Source: Eledone cirrhosa (Eukaryota). From it: a stretch of DNA of 64,000 bases. The notes beneath the pieces are model-generated. The model worked only from the letters and a program-made list of their open reading frames with translations. It ran no database searches and had not been told where the DNA came from. Below are positions 39,404-54,046 of the stretch, piece after piece (position 1 is the first letter of the stretch; the number at the start of each line of letters is the position of its first letter). The position numbers were made by a program, and so were the translations under genes. The stretch lies in NCBI GenBank assembly GCA_964016885.1, contig CAXHJY010000165.1, forward strand, positions 1 to 64,000, read 5' to 3'.

Positions 39404-39461
39404 ACACCTGATGAGGTCACCGGGTTCTTATGCAACCTTGCTACTGAAATGTGCGTAGTGT
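39404..39461 (+). ncRNA. Hammerhead ribozyme motif (duplicate at 57826-57883)
   Basis: acac-CTGATGA-ggt..act-GAAA-tgtgcg-TA-gtgt. Confidence 0.6.
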
Positions 39462-39638
39462 TTACAGTAATAAAAAATTAAGGAAATTCAACATATTTGA
39501 CCTCCTGTCATTTCACTTCATAATATTTGACCTCCTGTCATTTCACTTCATAATATTTGACCTCCTGTCATTTCACTTCATAATATATATATATCATCAT
39601 CATCATTTTACGTATATATGTAGTGTAATCATCCTCAT

Positions 39639-40130
39639 GGAGGCACATGGCTTAGTGGTTAGAGCATTGGCCTTGATCGAAAGGTTGTGAGTTCAAATCT
39701 CAGACCGGGTGACGTGTTGTTTCCTTGAGCAAGACACTTTATTTCACATTGCTCCAGTTTACTCAGCTGTAGAAATGAGATGATAGGGACTGGGGTCCCG
39801 ATCATTCCAATGCAAAATGGTCGTTAAGGTGCCACGGCAAAAAAAGCACCCAGCCCACACTGTAAAGTGGATGTGTAGGCGCCACGGCAAAAAAAGCACC
39901 CAGCACTCACTGTAAAGTGGATGTGTAGGCGCCACGGCAAAAAAAGCACCCAGCACTCACTGTAAAGTGGATGTGTAGGCGCCACGGCAAAAAAGCACCC
40001 AGCACTCACTGTAAATGAGGTTGGTGTTAGGAAGGGCACCCAGCTGTAGAAATCAAGCCAGAATCAGTTCCCGTCCACTTTTCCTTGCAAGCAGGGAAAA
40101 GTGGACGTAAAATGATGATGACGATGACGA
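39639..40130 (+). mobile_element. SINE family A with three extra internal ~50-bp repeats
   Basis: gcacccagc..cactgtaaagtggatgtgtaggcgccacggcaaaaaa repeated over 39846-40015. Confidence 0.9.
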
Positions 40131-40150
40131 TACACATATTTATACATATA

Positions 40151-41048
40151 CTAGCAGTAAAGCCCGGCGTTGCTCGGGGTCTCTCAGTAGCTGTGTTAAA
40201 GTTACAATGTTAAGTTTCTTTTTTGGCTTAAAAACTGTAGTGTCTACTGTGCAGACTTGCATGTGGTGTTTTTGATTAATATTCCCTCAACCAACAATAT
40301 GCCTTATGAAGTTAAGAAAACATAACGATAGCCCGATTGTTATAACAAAAGAGGATGCTGGGGATAGAAACTGCACTGGTTATTTATTAACAAAGATCGA
40401 AAATGTAAACACTGCAACGCAGAGAAAAACATTAGCGTAACCAAATTATCAGTTATGTCTGTCTGCAGGCCTATATCACCTCTCTGCACGACTGTCTGTC
40501 TGCACGCCTATATCACCTCTCTGCACGACTGTCTGTCTGCACGCGTATATCACCTCTCTGCACGACTATCTGTCTGCACGCGTATATCACCTCTCTGCAC
40601 GACTGTCTGTCTGCACGCCTAACGACGAAATATTTGCTTGTTTTACGTAGTCTTTAAATAGACTTGTTTTCAAGTAAAAATATTGTTTTAAAATGCTTTT
40701 AAATGGAAATGAAGCAAAACGGAAGTTTAGTGTTCGAACTGATGAATTTTGCAGGTCAATATTTTGCTGGCTCGACAACTGTTAAAGCCAGCGTAATTTT
40801 TTACGTAAGACGCTTAATGTAAACAGAACAAAGGGAAATAACTGATCACTTACGCTCAAAAATCGATACATTATATTCGATTTCGTCACATAGGGCGGGT
40901 CAATTTGAAATTTTTTTTTTCCGATGTCTTCGCTAGGGCTCAATGTACAAGTCTAGCAATTTCGGTGCAATTCCGTGAGAGATTCTAAGAGGAGATGTGT
41001 GCCAAAAATCGATAGACAGACAGACAACCACAGTTTTATATATATAGA
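40151..41048 (-). mobile_element. Non-autonomous Helitron
   Basis: Minus strand starts A^TCTATATATATAAAAC..(ctgt)n and ends with a cccgagcaacgccggg hairpin followed by CTAG^T; internal 37-bp tandem repeat at 40458-40618. Confidence 0.8.
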
Positions 41049-41088
41049 TTTGTTGTCCTTGTGGTAAATAAAGAACATTATTGGTTGT

Positions 41089-41681
41089 TGGATTGGCAGT
41101 ATCGGTAGAGGGCCGGAGGCCATGCTTTCCAGCATATAGTTACGTCCCTTTACAATCTGAGTTCAAATCCCGCCGAGGTTGACTTTGCCTTTCATCCTTA
41201 CGGGGTCGATAAAATAAAGTACCAGTAATTGCTGGCCTTGTGCCTAAAGTACAAACAATTATTGGTTGTATCAGTAGAGCGTCGGATCCCATGCTTTGTG
41301 GCATAGTCACCGCCCTTTACTTTCTGGGTTCAAATCTTGCCGAGGTTAGCTTTGCCTTTCATCGTTACAGAGTCGATGAAATAAAGTACCAGTAATGCAC
41401 TGGAGTTGATTTAATCAACTTTCCCCCTGCCACTAAATTGTTGGCCCTTGTGCCTAAAATAGAAACAATTATTATTATTATGCCTTGAAGCATGGTGTCT
41501 TATCGGTAGAGCATTGGTCACCATGCTTTGTGGCATAGAGTTACGACTCTTTACGTTCTAAGTTCAAATCCCACCAAGGTTAGCTTTGCCTTTCATCCTT
41601 ACGGGATCGATAAAATAAAGTACCAGTAATGCACTGGGGGAATTGCTGCCCTTGTGCCTAAAGTAGAAACAATTATTATTA

Positions 41682-41712
<31 letters not shown>

Positions 41713-41905
41713 CAGGTGGTGGATTGGGACTACATGTAGAAGGTTGAATGCCATGCTTTGCAGCATAGAGTTACGTCCCTTTACGGACTGAGTTCAAATC
41801 CTGCCGAGGTTAACTTTGCCTTTTCATCCTTACGAGGTCGATAAAATAAAGTACCAGTAATGTACTGAGATAATTGCTGGCCTTGTGCCAAAAGTAGAAA
41901 CATTT
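41089..41905 (+). mobile_element. Four head-to-tail SINE family B copies
   Basis: Units at ~41089, 41268, 41500 and 41720, each ending agaaacaattatt or similar. Confidence 0.82.
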
Positions 41906-42917
41906 ATTAGTAGTATCATTTAATGAACAACATATTATTTGCATTACAATTAGAATCGGTTTTTACTTCTTTTTCTTGATATTTGAGTGTGGAAGGTGTT
42001 GTGGACAATATGATAACATTACTTAGAAGAACATTTATAAAAAATACAAGCAAAAATGTCTTAAGAAAATCAAAACAAATCTAAAATAAACAAAATATAT
42101 ATAAATAAAAGTCTGTTTTGAAAATCTTAAGACACAAAAAAAATACATTTAATGAAAGAAATCAACGTAAACCAATGTTAATAAAGACAAGAAACAGATT
42201 TTTTAAAATATTTTATCTTTCTGATAGAGAATATCAAGTTCAGTTGGTGATGACAGATTTCCTACAAATATTTAGAATTTCTTGGTATAAACAACTGTGA
42301 CAATGTTTGTCATCATCAGCATTGTCAACAACTTCAGTGTTGCCAGTATTACCATCCTCCTCCTCCTCCTCATTATTGACAACATCATTATAATTATCAA
42401 CATCATCATCATCATCATCATCCTCAACAACATCAGTATTGTCAACATCACCCTCCTCATTATTGACTTGACAACATCACTATCCTCCTCCTTATCATCA
42501 CCATCATCATCATCATCATTACCAGTACCATCATCATCATCATCATCATCATCACCATCACCATCATCACCATCATCATCATCATTGTCTACATCATCAT
42601 CATCATTGTCAACATCGTCATCAACAACATGATCATTGTCAACATGATCATTGTCATCATCATCAACATTAACATCACCGTCATCATCATCATCACCCTG
42701 ATCACAGTCATCTTCTTCATCACCATTATCCCCACCACTACCACCACCATCGTCATCAATGTAAGCATCATCATCATGTTGTTTCTGTTAACCATGCAGC
42801 CTTACACTTCACTCTTCAAGAGATATTGCTTCATTTTATTTTGGCTTTATTATATTTATATCATCATCATGTAAAATGATGATGATGATGATTAGTATTA
42901 TTATTATTATCATCATT

Positions 42918-44342
42918 GTAGCATGGAGTTACGGCCCTTTACGATCTGAGTTCAAATCTTGCCGAGGTTAACTTTGCCTTTCATCCTTACGGGGTCGATA
43001 AAATAAAGTACCAGTCACGAACTGGGGTCGATATAATCGACTTTCCCCTCCCCCAAAAATTGCCGGCCTTGTGCTTATATAACAAACCATTATCATAATT
43101 ATTATGGGGGATTGGCAGTATCGGTAGAGGGTTGGACACCATGCTTTGCAGCATAGAGTTACGGTCCTTTACTTTCTGAATTCAAATCCCGCCGAGGTTA
43201 ACTTTGCCTTTCATCCTTACGGGGTGGATAAAATAAAGTACCAGTAATGCACTGGGTAATTGCTGGCCTTGTGCCAAAAGTAGAAACAATTATTATATTG
43301 TCTCTACTATAGAAACAAGAGACTAAACCATTGAATCTGGTTGTTTTCAACTTGATAATTTTATGTATTCATGTTTTTTTTTATGTTCATGTTTTGTAAT
43401 TATCATTATTATTATTGAACGCCATTAATGTGCCGTGGATTGGCAGTATCAGTAGAGCATCAGACACCATGCTTCGTGGCATAGAGTTACAGTCCTTTAT
43501 GTTCTGAGTTGAAATCTCGTCATGGTTAAACTTTGCCTTTCATCCTTACGGGGTCGATAAAATAAAGTACCAGTAATGTACTGGGTAATTGCTGGCTGGC
43601 CTTGTGCCGAAATCAGAAACAATTATTATTATTGAAGGCGATGGATTGGCAGTATCGGTAGAGCATCAGACAGTATGCTTTACAGCATAGAGTTATGGCC
43701 CTTTACGTTCTGAGTTCAAATCCCAGCAAAGTTAGCTTTGTTTTTCATCCTTACAAGGGTAAAAAAAAATGAAGAACCAGTCACACACGGAGGCTGATTT
43801 AATCAACTTTCCCCTCCCCCGCAAAAAATTGCTGTTCTTGTGCCTATATAAGAAACCATTCTTAATTTACACATTATCACTGCATTACTGAACGCAGCTG
43901 TGTAGTTTTTAATGTTGTTGCTTCTAGTGTATTGAGAGTACTCCTTATAATATCTGGTCTGTGCTTAATAGCAATATTTTTTTATATGTTGTATATATTT
44001 GTTTTTCTTATGTATCTGTCTGTCTGGCTGTCTGTTTGTTTGTTTTTTTTTTGTTATGTATCTGTCTGGCTGTTTTTTTTTCTGTTTTATTATTGTTATT
44101 ATTATTATTATTGTTGGGTGGTGGATTGGCAGTATCGGTAGAGCGTCAGACACCATGCTTTGCAGCATAGAGTTACGGCCCTTTCTGATCTGAGTTTAAA
44201 TCCCGCCAAGGTTAACTTTGCCTTTCATCCTTACGGGGGTCGATAAAATAAAGTAAAAGTACCAGTCACACACTGGGGTCGATTTAATCAACTTTCTCCT
44301 CCCTCAAAATTGCTGGCCTTGTGCCTAAATGAGAAACCATTA
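42918..44342 (+). mobile_element. Five same-strand SINE family B copies
   Basis: Units at ~42918, 43109, 43437, 43643 and 44123. Confidence 0.82.
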
Positions 44343-44478
44343 TTATTATTGTTGTTTTGAAATCCTTTTTCTTGTAATAGTTTCAGTTTTCTACAGAGAA
44401 ACGCCATCCAGTTCTATGATTAGATAATGTAGTGTTGTGATCATGAAATTGGCACCTAGAAAGTTCCCCTCTGAGGCA

Positions 44479-44910
44479 CAAGTCTGGGCAAGATTGTTTG
44501 TGGAAGACCAGCAGTTACCCATGTATACCAGTCTCCCCTCTACATGCCACCGATGTTTTCCAAGGGAAAGGGCAATGGCCGATACAGCTTGGCACCAGTG
44601 ACGTCGCAACTCATTTCTACAGCTCAGTAAATTGGAGCACCATGAAATAAAGTGTCTTGTTCAAGGACTCAACGCATCACCTTGTCCCAGAATCGAACTC
44701 ACAACCTCCTGACTGAAAGCCCAATACTCTAACCATAAGCCATGCAACTACACTGGTATGTGTAAGCACAAAGATATTACATGTGGTAAGGGTGTTGGAC
44801 TTAGAATCATAATGTCATGGGTTTGATACCTGGACTGGGTTGTGTGTTGTGTTCTTGAGCAAGACACTTCATTTCCCATTGCTCCAGTATACTCAGCTGA
44901 AAATGAGTGC
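44479..44910. mobile_element. Two diverged tRNA-headed SINEs, head to head (44479-44745 -, 44780-44910 +)
   Basis: Share the cttga(g/a)caagacact..ttc..tgctcca..actcagctg core with family A. Confidence 0.6.
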
Positions 44911-45066
44911 CAACAATTGTTGGGTGTTTAAATTTGTGTTGGACAGGTGTTCTGTCCAGGGGCAAGTCTTGTATTGTACTCTGTCACTTCTGGAATAAAC
45001 ATGGGCCTGATGAGCCTCCAGGCTTGTTTCATACTTTACACCTTATGTTTGTATGTGTATGCATAC

Positions 45067-45137
<71 letters not shown>

Positions 45138-45142
45138 AAACA

Positions 45143-45249
45143 AAGAGGGTGTGGTAAGATACCAGGTGGACCATAACGCACCAGAGTACTCGATACTTGG
45201 TGTAGTAGAGTGGATAATTTGAAAAGGTTCAGGACTCCTGAATCTTTTC

Positions 45250-45250
<1 letters not shown>
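45143..45250 (-). mobile_element. Family 2 tail element with short terminal hairpin
   Basis: tgaaaaggttcagg/cctgaatcttttca hairpin plus shared tail; (TA)n flanks. Confidence 0.55.
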
Positions 45251-45281
<31 letters not shown>

Positions 45282-46124
45282 ATGAGTGTGTAGCTAATAA
45301 AATATTGCATATAATTTATTAATTTAAATTTAAATGATCTGTTACAGATGGCCATGGGTTTTGCTCTTCAGAAACTCTTTGGCACTATTTGTTCCAATGT
45401 AGAAACTATTGGTCTGAGAGAGAGGCCATATTGAAACCAATCTTTAAAAAAACTACCAAGATTAGAAGGTCAATATTTGGTTAAAGATTAGAAGGTCAAG
45501 ATTTGGTTAAAGATCTACCAAATATAAACAAAATATTTGAGTACATGGAAGCTATGAAAAGATTCAACAACAGAATCTTCTAGATGTTTTACAGCTTCCC
45601 TTATTTCCTATTTTTCTTTACTTTTTCGATTTCTTGTTCATAATCTGACTTCAGTATTTGAAATTTTTTTTTTTTGTTTTTTCTGTTCTTTTCCCTTTTT
45701 TAATATTTTTTTTTCATTATTTGTCTCACTAGCTCTTTTTGATTACTAACTGTAAGGAGTACTTGATACTTTCCCTAGTTTGTCATATGGATATTTAAAT
45801 TGATTAAATATATATATATTCATTTCTGAGAGTGCAACACTCAAATACAACATTTTTATCTACAGAAAGACCACATCATATTTATCATCTTGTGTTTTAT
45901 AGTGTAGGCCAATCTATTCATATATATATATTTATATGTATGTGTGTGTTTGTGTGTGTATATATATATATGTGTGTGTGTGTTTGTGTATATATATATA
46001 TATATGTGTGTGTCTGTGTGTGTTTGTATATATATATGTGTGTCTGTGTGTGTTTGTATATATATATATATGTGTGTGTGTTTGTGTATATATATATTTG
46101 TGTGTGTATATATATCTGTTTGTG

Positions 46125-46165
<41 letters not shown>

Positions 46166-46409
46166 TTGTGTATATATATATATATTTGTGTATGTATATA
46201 TGTGTGTGTGTGTTTGTGTATATATATATTTGTGTATGTCTATATATGTGCGTGGGTTTGTGTATCAGTTCATCATTTTCATTTCATTTTACGTCCGCTT
46301 TTTCCCTGCTTGCAAGGGTGGGACATACACACATATATATATATATATATGTGTGTTTGTGTATATATATATTTCTGTATGTATATATATATATGTGCGT
46401 GTGCATGTT

Positions 46410-46448
<39 letters not shown>

Positions 46449-46471
46449 CTGTGTGTATATATATTTGTGTG

Positions 46472-46504
<33 letters not shown>

Positions 46505-46513
46505 TTCTGTGTA

Positions 46514-46558
<45 letters not shown>

Positions 46559-46849
46559 ATTTGTGTATATATATATTTGTGTGTGTATATATATATATGT
46601 GTGTGTGTGCATGTGTTTGTGTGTATATATATATATTTATGTGTGTGTTCTCATATCATCACTTTGCACTTACATTGATTCATCTTCAGAAAACATTCTG
46701 CTAAAAAATATTTTATTTACATTTCTGAGTCATTTATGTTTTTAATTAATATAATAGCTCTTATCTGTCTCTCACCCATAAATCGTATTTTTGTTTGAAT
46801 TGTTTAATAAAGACATATTTCACATGATGAGGGTATGAATTTGAATCAT

Positions 46850-47660
46850 AGACAGATCAGGTCATTACATAGAAGTCTTAGAAGAGAGGTCAGGTCACTG
46901 CAGAGCTGAGGTCACAATAGACAGGTCAAGTCAATAGACAGGTAAGGTCACTACATTGCTGTGGTCACAGTCGACAGGTCAGGTCACTAGACAGCTGAGA
47001 TCACAATAGACAGGTCAGGTCACTACACTGCTGTGGTCACAGTCGACAGGTCAGGTCACTAGACAGCTGAGATCACAATAGACAGGTCAAGTCAATAGAC
47101 AGGTCAGGTCACTACACTGCTGTGGTCACAGTCGACAGGTCAGGTCACTAGACAGCTGAGATCACAATAGACAGGTCAGGTCACAGTAGCGAGGTTAGGT
47201 CACGTCACGTCACTACACAGGTGATGTCAGATCAGGTCACTACACAGCTGAGGTCACAGTAGAGGGATCAGGTCACTACACAGCTGAGGCCACAGTAGAG
47301 AGATTGGTCAGGCCAGGTCATTACACAGGTGAGGTCACAGTAGAGAGATCAGGTCAGATCAGGTCACTACCCAGTTGAGGTCACAGTAGAGAGATTGGTC
47401 AGGTCAGATCATTACACAGGTGAGGTCACAGTAAAGAGATTGGTCAGGTCAGATCACTACACAGCTGAGGTCACAGTAGAGAGATTGGTCAGGTCAGGTC
47501 ATTACACAGCTGAGGTCACAGTAGAGAGATCAGGTCAGATCAGGTCACTACACAGCTGAGGTCACAAGTAGAGAGATTGGTCAGGTCAGATCATTACACA
47601 GCTGAGGTCACAGTAGAGAGATCAGGTCAGATCAGGTCACTACACAGCCTAGGTCTAGGT
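46850..47660. repeat. GGTCA-rich complex minisatellite
   Basis: Recurring caggtca, cagctgaggtcacagtagagagat and gacaggtcaggtcact units. Confidence 0.85.
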
Positions 47661-49633
47661 GAGCAGCTCACTACATGGTGTAGACTATAGATAGTGTGAT
47701 AGGCCATATGGTAAAGTAGCACTGTTATAAGAATAAATGTTAAACATACAAGGAATGGAGTTGTTGACAACGGCTGGTGTGTTATGGAATTGCTCAACAG
47801 TTTGATGGTGGTATTGTTGATGTAGAGTCATGTTGTAAAGTTGTTGAAGCAGTCAACAGAACTACATAGATATCTTTAGAGGTAATTGTCAATTTATCTG
47901 TGTCTCATACAAGATTTATACGGCAACAAATTTGAAAGCACTACAGAGACAAATAAAATGTTATCCAGAAAGTTACTAACCTCCATGATATATTCATATA
48001 TGGCATAGCTGATAAGACAGATGACACTAATATGTATTTTTTTTTATTTATATTTCTTTTCTTTTTCTTTGTTTTCTTTTTATTTCTTTTCTTTTTCTTT
48101 GTTTTCTTTTTGTTGTTGTTGTTTTTATAAATATTGGAATAGCCAATCAGTGTTGTTTTTATTGTTTGCCAGAAACATAATAAAATATGTTACTGGTAAT
48201 GATTCAACTGTCAGGGGGTAGAATAAAAAAGAACAAGATAAAAATAAAGAGGGAGAGAGAGAGAGAGAGAGATATGGACAATTTAGTTTTGTTTAGGAAG
48301 GACAGTAATTTTGTCAAAATGTAGCATATTTCAAAACCGAAACAAAGGTTTATTTTAACAACTGAATATCATTTTACATTTCTGTTTAGTTTCAAGTTTA
48401 TCTCTACAGACAGAAGCGTAACAGAAATGTTTAAACATTCTGGACAACTAAACAGCTAAACAGTTGTAATATGCCTGCATCAGATAAATTTTATATCCTC
48501 AACATGGAATGAAAGTTGTGTGTTTAATTTAGCAGTTTAAGAATATTAATGTTCGCTATATTTTGCTAGTGGTTTATGTCCACAGGGGAATGGTCATCTT
48601 ATATTAAATAGTAGAAGCAGAAGTGAATTTATCTGAATATTTCTATTTGAGTGGCTCTCTTAAGAGCAAAGAGCGTAAACAATTACCATCAATTTAAAAA
48701 TCTTCATTGCCAAAAGAGCTTCACAATGTTCATGTTGTAAAAATAACAGCAACGTCATGCAGAGAGATAAGTGGACAGGTTTTTAGAATTTATTTAGCAA
48801 ATAAGTATTTACTCACAGATTATACAACCATTCTTGATATTGGCTATTGTCTCCCATTTGTAAGAGTGAGAATCCAAAGCTGCGACCTTTACACAGAGCT
48901 GGAATTTTGAAAGTCACCTATAAAACAAATAGATGTTCTTCCATTCCTTTGTTGTGGTTAATACAGTTATCGTGCGCTTTGTCATTGCCACAAAATTGAC
49001 AAAGAATGATAAAGACACAGAGAACACCAGAGACAAAAGTTGGTCTCTCTCTCCCTCTCTTTCTTTCCCTCCTCTTCTTTCTCACCCTCACTCTTTATCA
49101 CTCTCTCTCTCTTTCTGCATGATTTCCAACGATGTAGGTTTAACTCTTTTGTCAGAAAATGGGCGAGATGCCAATAATGGATGAAACTCAATTAATAAAA
49201 TCTGACAAATGCTGTGATTATTGTGAGTTCCCGTTCCGCATATTTCAATGTACAACTACTAATGCTGATGATTCTAATCTATGAATGTTATAAATATTAT
49301 ATATATTATACAAGCTAGACTATTGTCTCACAATTTCAATGAAAGCTTAAAAGGAATTATGCAGTTTTAATAAGCTATCAAGTATGTTATAAAATAATTG
49401 AAAAGAGGTCATTGTTAAGTGAATATAGAGGTCTAAGTTTGAGATCAATTTAGAGCTTTCAACTTTTGGCCTCTGATAAACAGGGCATTTGAAATGTGCT
49501 TCACATTAGAAGTTTTTCTTTAAATATATTCCTATCTGGGAGAGCCAGCTGGCTGAGAATCTAGACAGTTCTTTTAGAGACTTCATATTCTGGCTGAAAA
49601 TAGTTTGCATTATATTCCATCTCTAAGATAGGT

Positions 49634-49845
49634 GGATTGGCAGTATCTGTAGAGCATCGGACAAAATGCTTCATGACAGAGTTACGGCCCTTTACGTTCT
49701 GAGTTCAAATTCCACCAAGGTTAACTTTGCCTTTCATCCTTATTGGGGTCGATAAAATAAAGTACCAGTAACCCACTGGGGTTGGTTTAATCGACTTTCC
49801 GTTCCTCCAAAATTGTCAGCCTTGCGCCTAAATCATTAACCATTA
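49634..49845 (+). mobile_element. SINE family B (long-tail variant)
   Basis: Family B head and body. Confidence 0.8.
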
Positions 49846-50558
49846 TATTCTGACTATCATTACTTTCTTTCTCTTTCTCTTTCACATATAAAATGTAGAA
49901 TATAGGCTAAAATGGAGAGAGACTGTTTATGGGGACTGCAAGTCTAAACCCTTCTTTAGCAAAGAAAATTACCTCAAAATGCTTCTTGTTGTCATTGTTG
50001 TTTTTATAAATATTTAATACAGATGCAGGAATGGCTGTGAGGTTAAGAAGTTTGCTTTACAACCATGTAAACCATGTAAACAAGGTTTATATAGATATAA
50101 AATATATACATATATGTGTGTGTGTATTTGCATATGTATGTATGCATATACATGTGTATATATATATATATATGTATTGAAATTCAATATTTCTAAAAAA
50201 ATACAGTATGTTTATGGATAAACATTTGGAAAGCAATAGCTATACAAAACACCAGGGCTATTGCCCTCTGGTGGTGTCCAGCAGAAGCAAGGGGGATAAT
50301 CGTCAATGCATTTCGAACTTAACTGGTTCTCATCAGGAATTTCAATATATATATATGTATACAGCTATGCATGAAGCTAATTCCTAATTCTATCTATATA
50401 TATATATATGTGCATATATGCATGTTTATGTATGCATATATATATAAATATATATATGTGTGTGTATGTGTGTGTATATATATATATGTATGTACGTATA
50501 TATATATATATATATATATCATATATATATATATGGGCATTCGTGTATATACATCTAT

Positions 50559-50601
<43 letters not shown>

Positions 50602-50805
50602 TACACGCCCCACATATATATAAACACGCACACACACACACGCAAACACATATATACACACACACACATACACACCCCACATATATATACACACACATAT
50701 ATACACACACATACACTCCCCACATATATATATATATATAAACATGCACACACACAAACAAACACACATATATATATATATGTATATATATATATATGTA
50801 TATAT

Positions 50806-50988
50806 AATTGTTTCTACTTTAGGCACAAGGCAAGCAAATACCCAGTACATTACTGGTACTTTATTTTATCGACCCCGTAAGGATGAAAGGCAAAGTTAAC
50901 CTCGGCGGGATTTGAACTCAGATCATAAAGGGACATAACTCTATGCTTCAAAGCATGGCGTCCGATTCTCTAGCGACACTGCCAATCC
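50806..50988 (-). mobile_element. SINE family B
   Basis: Family B full copy. Confidence 0.82.
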
Positions 50989-51164
50989 ACCACCCTCTCT
51001 CTATATATATATATAATGTTCAATGTTTGCTAGCAAGGAAAGCGGACGTGAAACAACAATGATGATAGTGTGTGTGTATATATATATGTGTCTGCATGCG
51101 TGTGTGTGTGTGTGTGTTTATATATATGTGGGGCGTGTATGTGTGTGTGTATATATATATATAT

Positions 51165-51704
51165 TTCGTTTCTGAATTTGTTTAGCAAGATTCTTTATCT
51201 GAAAACGTGTGTTGAAACCGATATTGTTATACTTTGGGAGGGTCATGTTGCCAATAAGAAACACATGCACCAGTTGTTTCACTTCAATTTATTAATAATT
51301 AAATTTATAAATTTAGGAATTTATAAATTTCCGGTTGGTTGGTTGGTTCCACAACCAGACGATTGTTCATATATTGTCAAAGTTCTTTCGTCACACGTTC
51401 TGTAACCTCTTCAGTGACTGGGGATTCTTTTCTTGTTTTTGTGCCTCTCCTTTGTTCTGTCCTACGCCATCTTGTTTTTGTGTGTAAGATGGCGTAGGAC
51501 AGAACAAAGGAGAGGCACAAAAACAAAGAAAAGAATCCCCAGTCACAGAAGAGGTCACAGAATGTGTGTCGAAAGAACTTTGACAATATATGAACAATCG
51601 TCTGGTTGTGGAACCAACCAACCAACCCAAAATTTATAATAAATTGAAGTGAAAGCAACTGGTGCATGTGTTTCTTATTGGCAACATGACCCTCCCAAAG
51701 TATA
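51165..51704 (-). mobile_element. Fold-back element: arms 51228-51473 / 51486-51704 plus left tail
   Basis: Inverted repeat with 12-nt loop; non-inverted sister copy at 56440-56752; (TA)n flanks. Confidence 0.7.
51376..51418 (-). ncRNA. Hammerhead ribozyme motif (sister 56648-56690 on -; mirror 51542-51584 has CAGAAGA)
   Basis: Minus strand: gtca-CTGAAGA-g gttaca..tgtgac-GAAA-gaac-TT-tgac; the sister copy has a gtcac/gtgac stem II. Confidence 0.65.
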
Positions 51705-51732
51705 TATATATATATGGGCATTCATGTATATA

Positions 51733-51800
<68 letters not shown>

Positions 51801-52212
51801 CATATATGGGCATTCATGTATATACATTTATTTATATATATATATATATATATGGGCATTCATGTATATACATTTATTTATATATATATATATATATATG
51901 GGCATTCATGTATATATTTCTATTTATTTATATATATATATATATACACACACACATATACATATATTCAGTCATGTTCTTTAAGTTCTAACAAGACAGA
52001 CAACAATAGAAACTTTCTCCTAGCAATCAAAATTGTCAGCAAGTTTTTTCCTGAGGAGGATGGTTCTAGAAGACATTGTTTACCAACAAGTACAATGTGT
52101 AGTCTAACTGAAATTATTAAAATAATATTTCTTATATTTTCCAGCTTTTTATTCATATAATTATATATGAATTTATATTTGATTTTATCTCCCGTTATTG
52201 TGTGTGTGTGTA

Positions 52213-52255
<43 letters not shown>

Positions 52256-52950
52256 TTTTTCTATTTGTGTGTATTTGTGCCTGTGTGTCTGTGCGTGTGT
52301 GAATGTATGTGAGTGAGTGAGTGAGCCTATGTAAGTGTGTGTGTGTGTATGTGAGTGAATGTGTGTTTGTGTGTGTTTTGCATCTTTTTCTCTTAGTTAC
52401 CAAAAACAACAACAACAACAAAAATTATATATATACATATAAAATGAAATAGTGGAAAATGTTCAGTTTTTGTCCTAATTGAATTCCAAAACTGTGCAAA
52501 TGTCACAAACATTGAAAAAGAATTCATTTAAATAACAAATATTAATAATTTTAAGAAATGAAAAAATAAATATAAATAAATAAAAGGAGAAAAGCAAAGA
52601 AGATATTGTAAAATGATTGAGGCACGTAAAATTTAATAATCAAATATTTCTATAAAATTTATTAGATTTTGATCGAGGCCCAAGGCCAGCAATTTGAAGT
52701 TGATTAAATCAACCCCACAACTAGAACTCGATTTGTTGACTTTATTTTATCAACCTTGTTAGGAGGAAGTGTGAAGTTAGCCTCTACAGGATTAGAACAC
52801 TGAATCTAAAGAACCAGAATAAATATCACACATGATATGATATTTTATCCCCTGTTCTGATGGTTCTTTACACATTTATACACCAATGTTCTACCTACAC
52901 ACATTTATTTATTTAATTAATCAATTTAACCCAGTAATTTGCCACTTATA

Positions 52951-53183
52951 ATAATTGTTTCTACTTTTGGCACAAGGCCAGCAATTACCCCAGTACATTA
53001 CTGGTACTTTATTTTATCAACCCCGTAAAGATGAAAGGCAACGTTAACCTCGCTGGGATTTGAACTCAGACCTTAAAGGGATGTAACTATGCTAGAAAGC
53101 ATGGCGTCCAACCCTGCCACTTATAATAATTGTTTCTACTTTTGGCACAAGGCCAGCAATTATCCAGTGTATTACTGGTACTT
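52951..53183 (-). mobile_element. SINE family B copy plus duplicated tail fragment
   Basis: Family B motifs; tgccacttataataattgtttctac repeated. Confidence 0.75.
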
Positions 53184-53189
53184 ATAATA

Positions 53190-53794
53190 ATGTTATGGTA
53201 TTGTTCACAAAATAAATAATATCAGAATATCATAGATTCGATATTATATGAGATAATTATGTGAGATAAAGCCTTTACTGTGGAAATATAATAGTAAATA
53301 TAGAATAATGTAAATGCTAAAGGATTAACCCTTTAACATTTACATTACTCTATATTTACTATTATATTTTCATGGTAAAGGCTTTACCTTACATAATTAT
53401 CTTACATAATATCGAATCTATGATATTTTGATATTATTTATTTTGAGAACAATACCTTAATATCAGTATGAGTGGCTGGTTACAGCTGGTTTGAACAGAA
53501 AGAGTTCAGAGAAATCTGGCTGGATATGGCCGATTTAAATGCTAATGGATTAAACAAAATCAAGATGTTGGATTTAACACTTTAGTGTTAAAACCGGTCA
53601 TATCCGGCCAGAATTCTCTCACCTCTTTCTCTTCAAACTGGCCATAACTGGCTGCTTGTACTTATGTTAAAGTATTGTTCTAAAAGTAAATAATATCAAA
53701 AATCTCATCGATTCAATATGTGAGATAATTATGAGATGAAGTGTTTAGTGTGAAAATACAATAGTAAATATAGAGTAATGTAAATGCTAAAGGG
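53190..53794. mobile_element. Cluster of three piggyBac-like MITEs (53190-53324 partial, 53329-53549, 53578-53794)
   Basis: TTAA at 53325, 53550, 53574 and 53795; same body as the 1490 family. Confidence 0.75.
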
Positions 53795-54046
53795 TTAAAC
53801 GTATGTATAGAGCTAGTAAGCCATGGCAGACCAAGGGAAGTATCGAGTACTCCTTACAGTTAGTTATAAAAAAAGCTAGTGAGACAAATAATAAAAATTC
53901 AAAAAATTCAAAAGGGAAAAGAGCAGAAAAATAACATAAAATAAAATTTCAAATTTCAAATATTTACAAATATTGAAAACCAATCGGTGGTAGAATGTGG
54001 GAGGCAGAGTGTGGCAGGTAGAGTGTGGCAGGTAGAGTGTGTATGA

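Noticed and set aside
45345-45470. Possible host exon after an AG
   Set aside because: Short, no recognisable domain, no partner exons.
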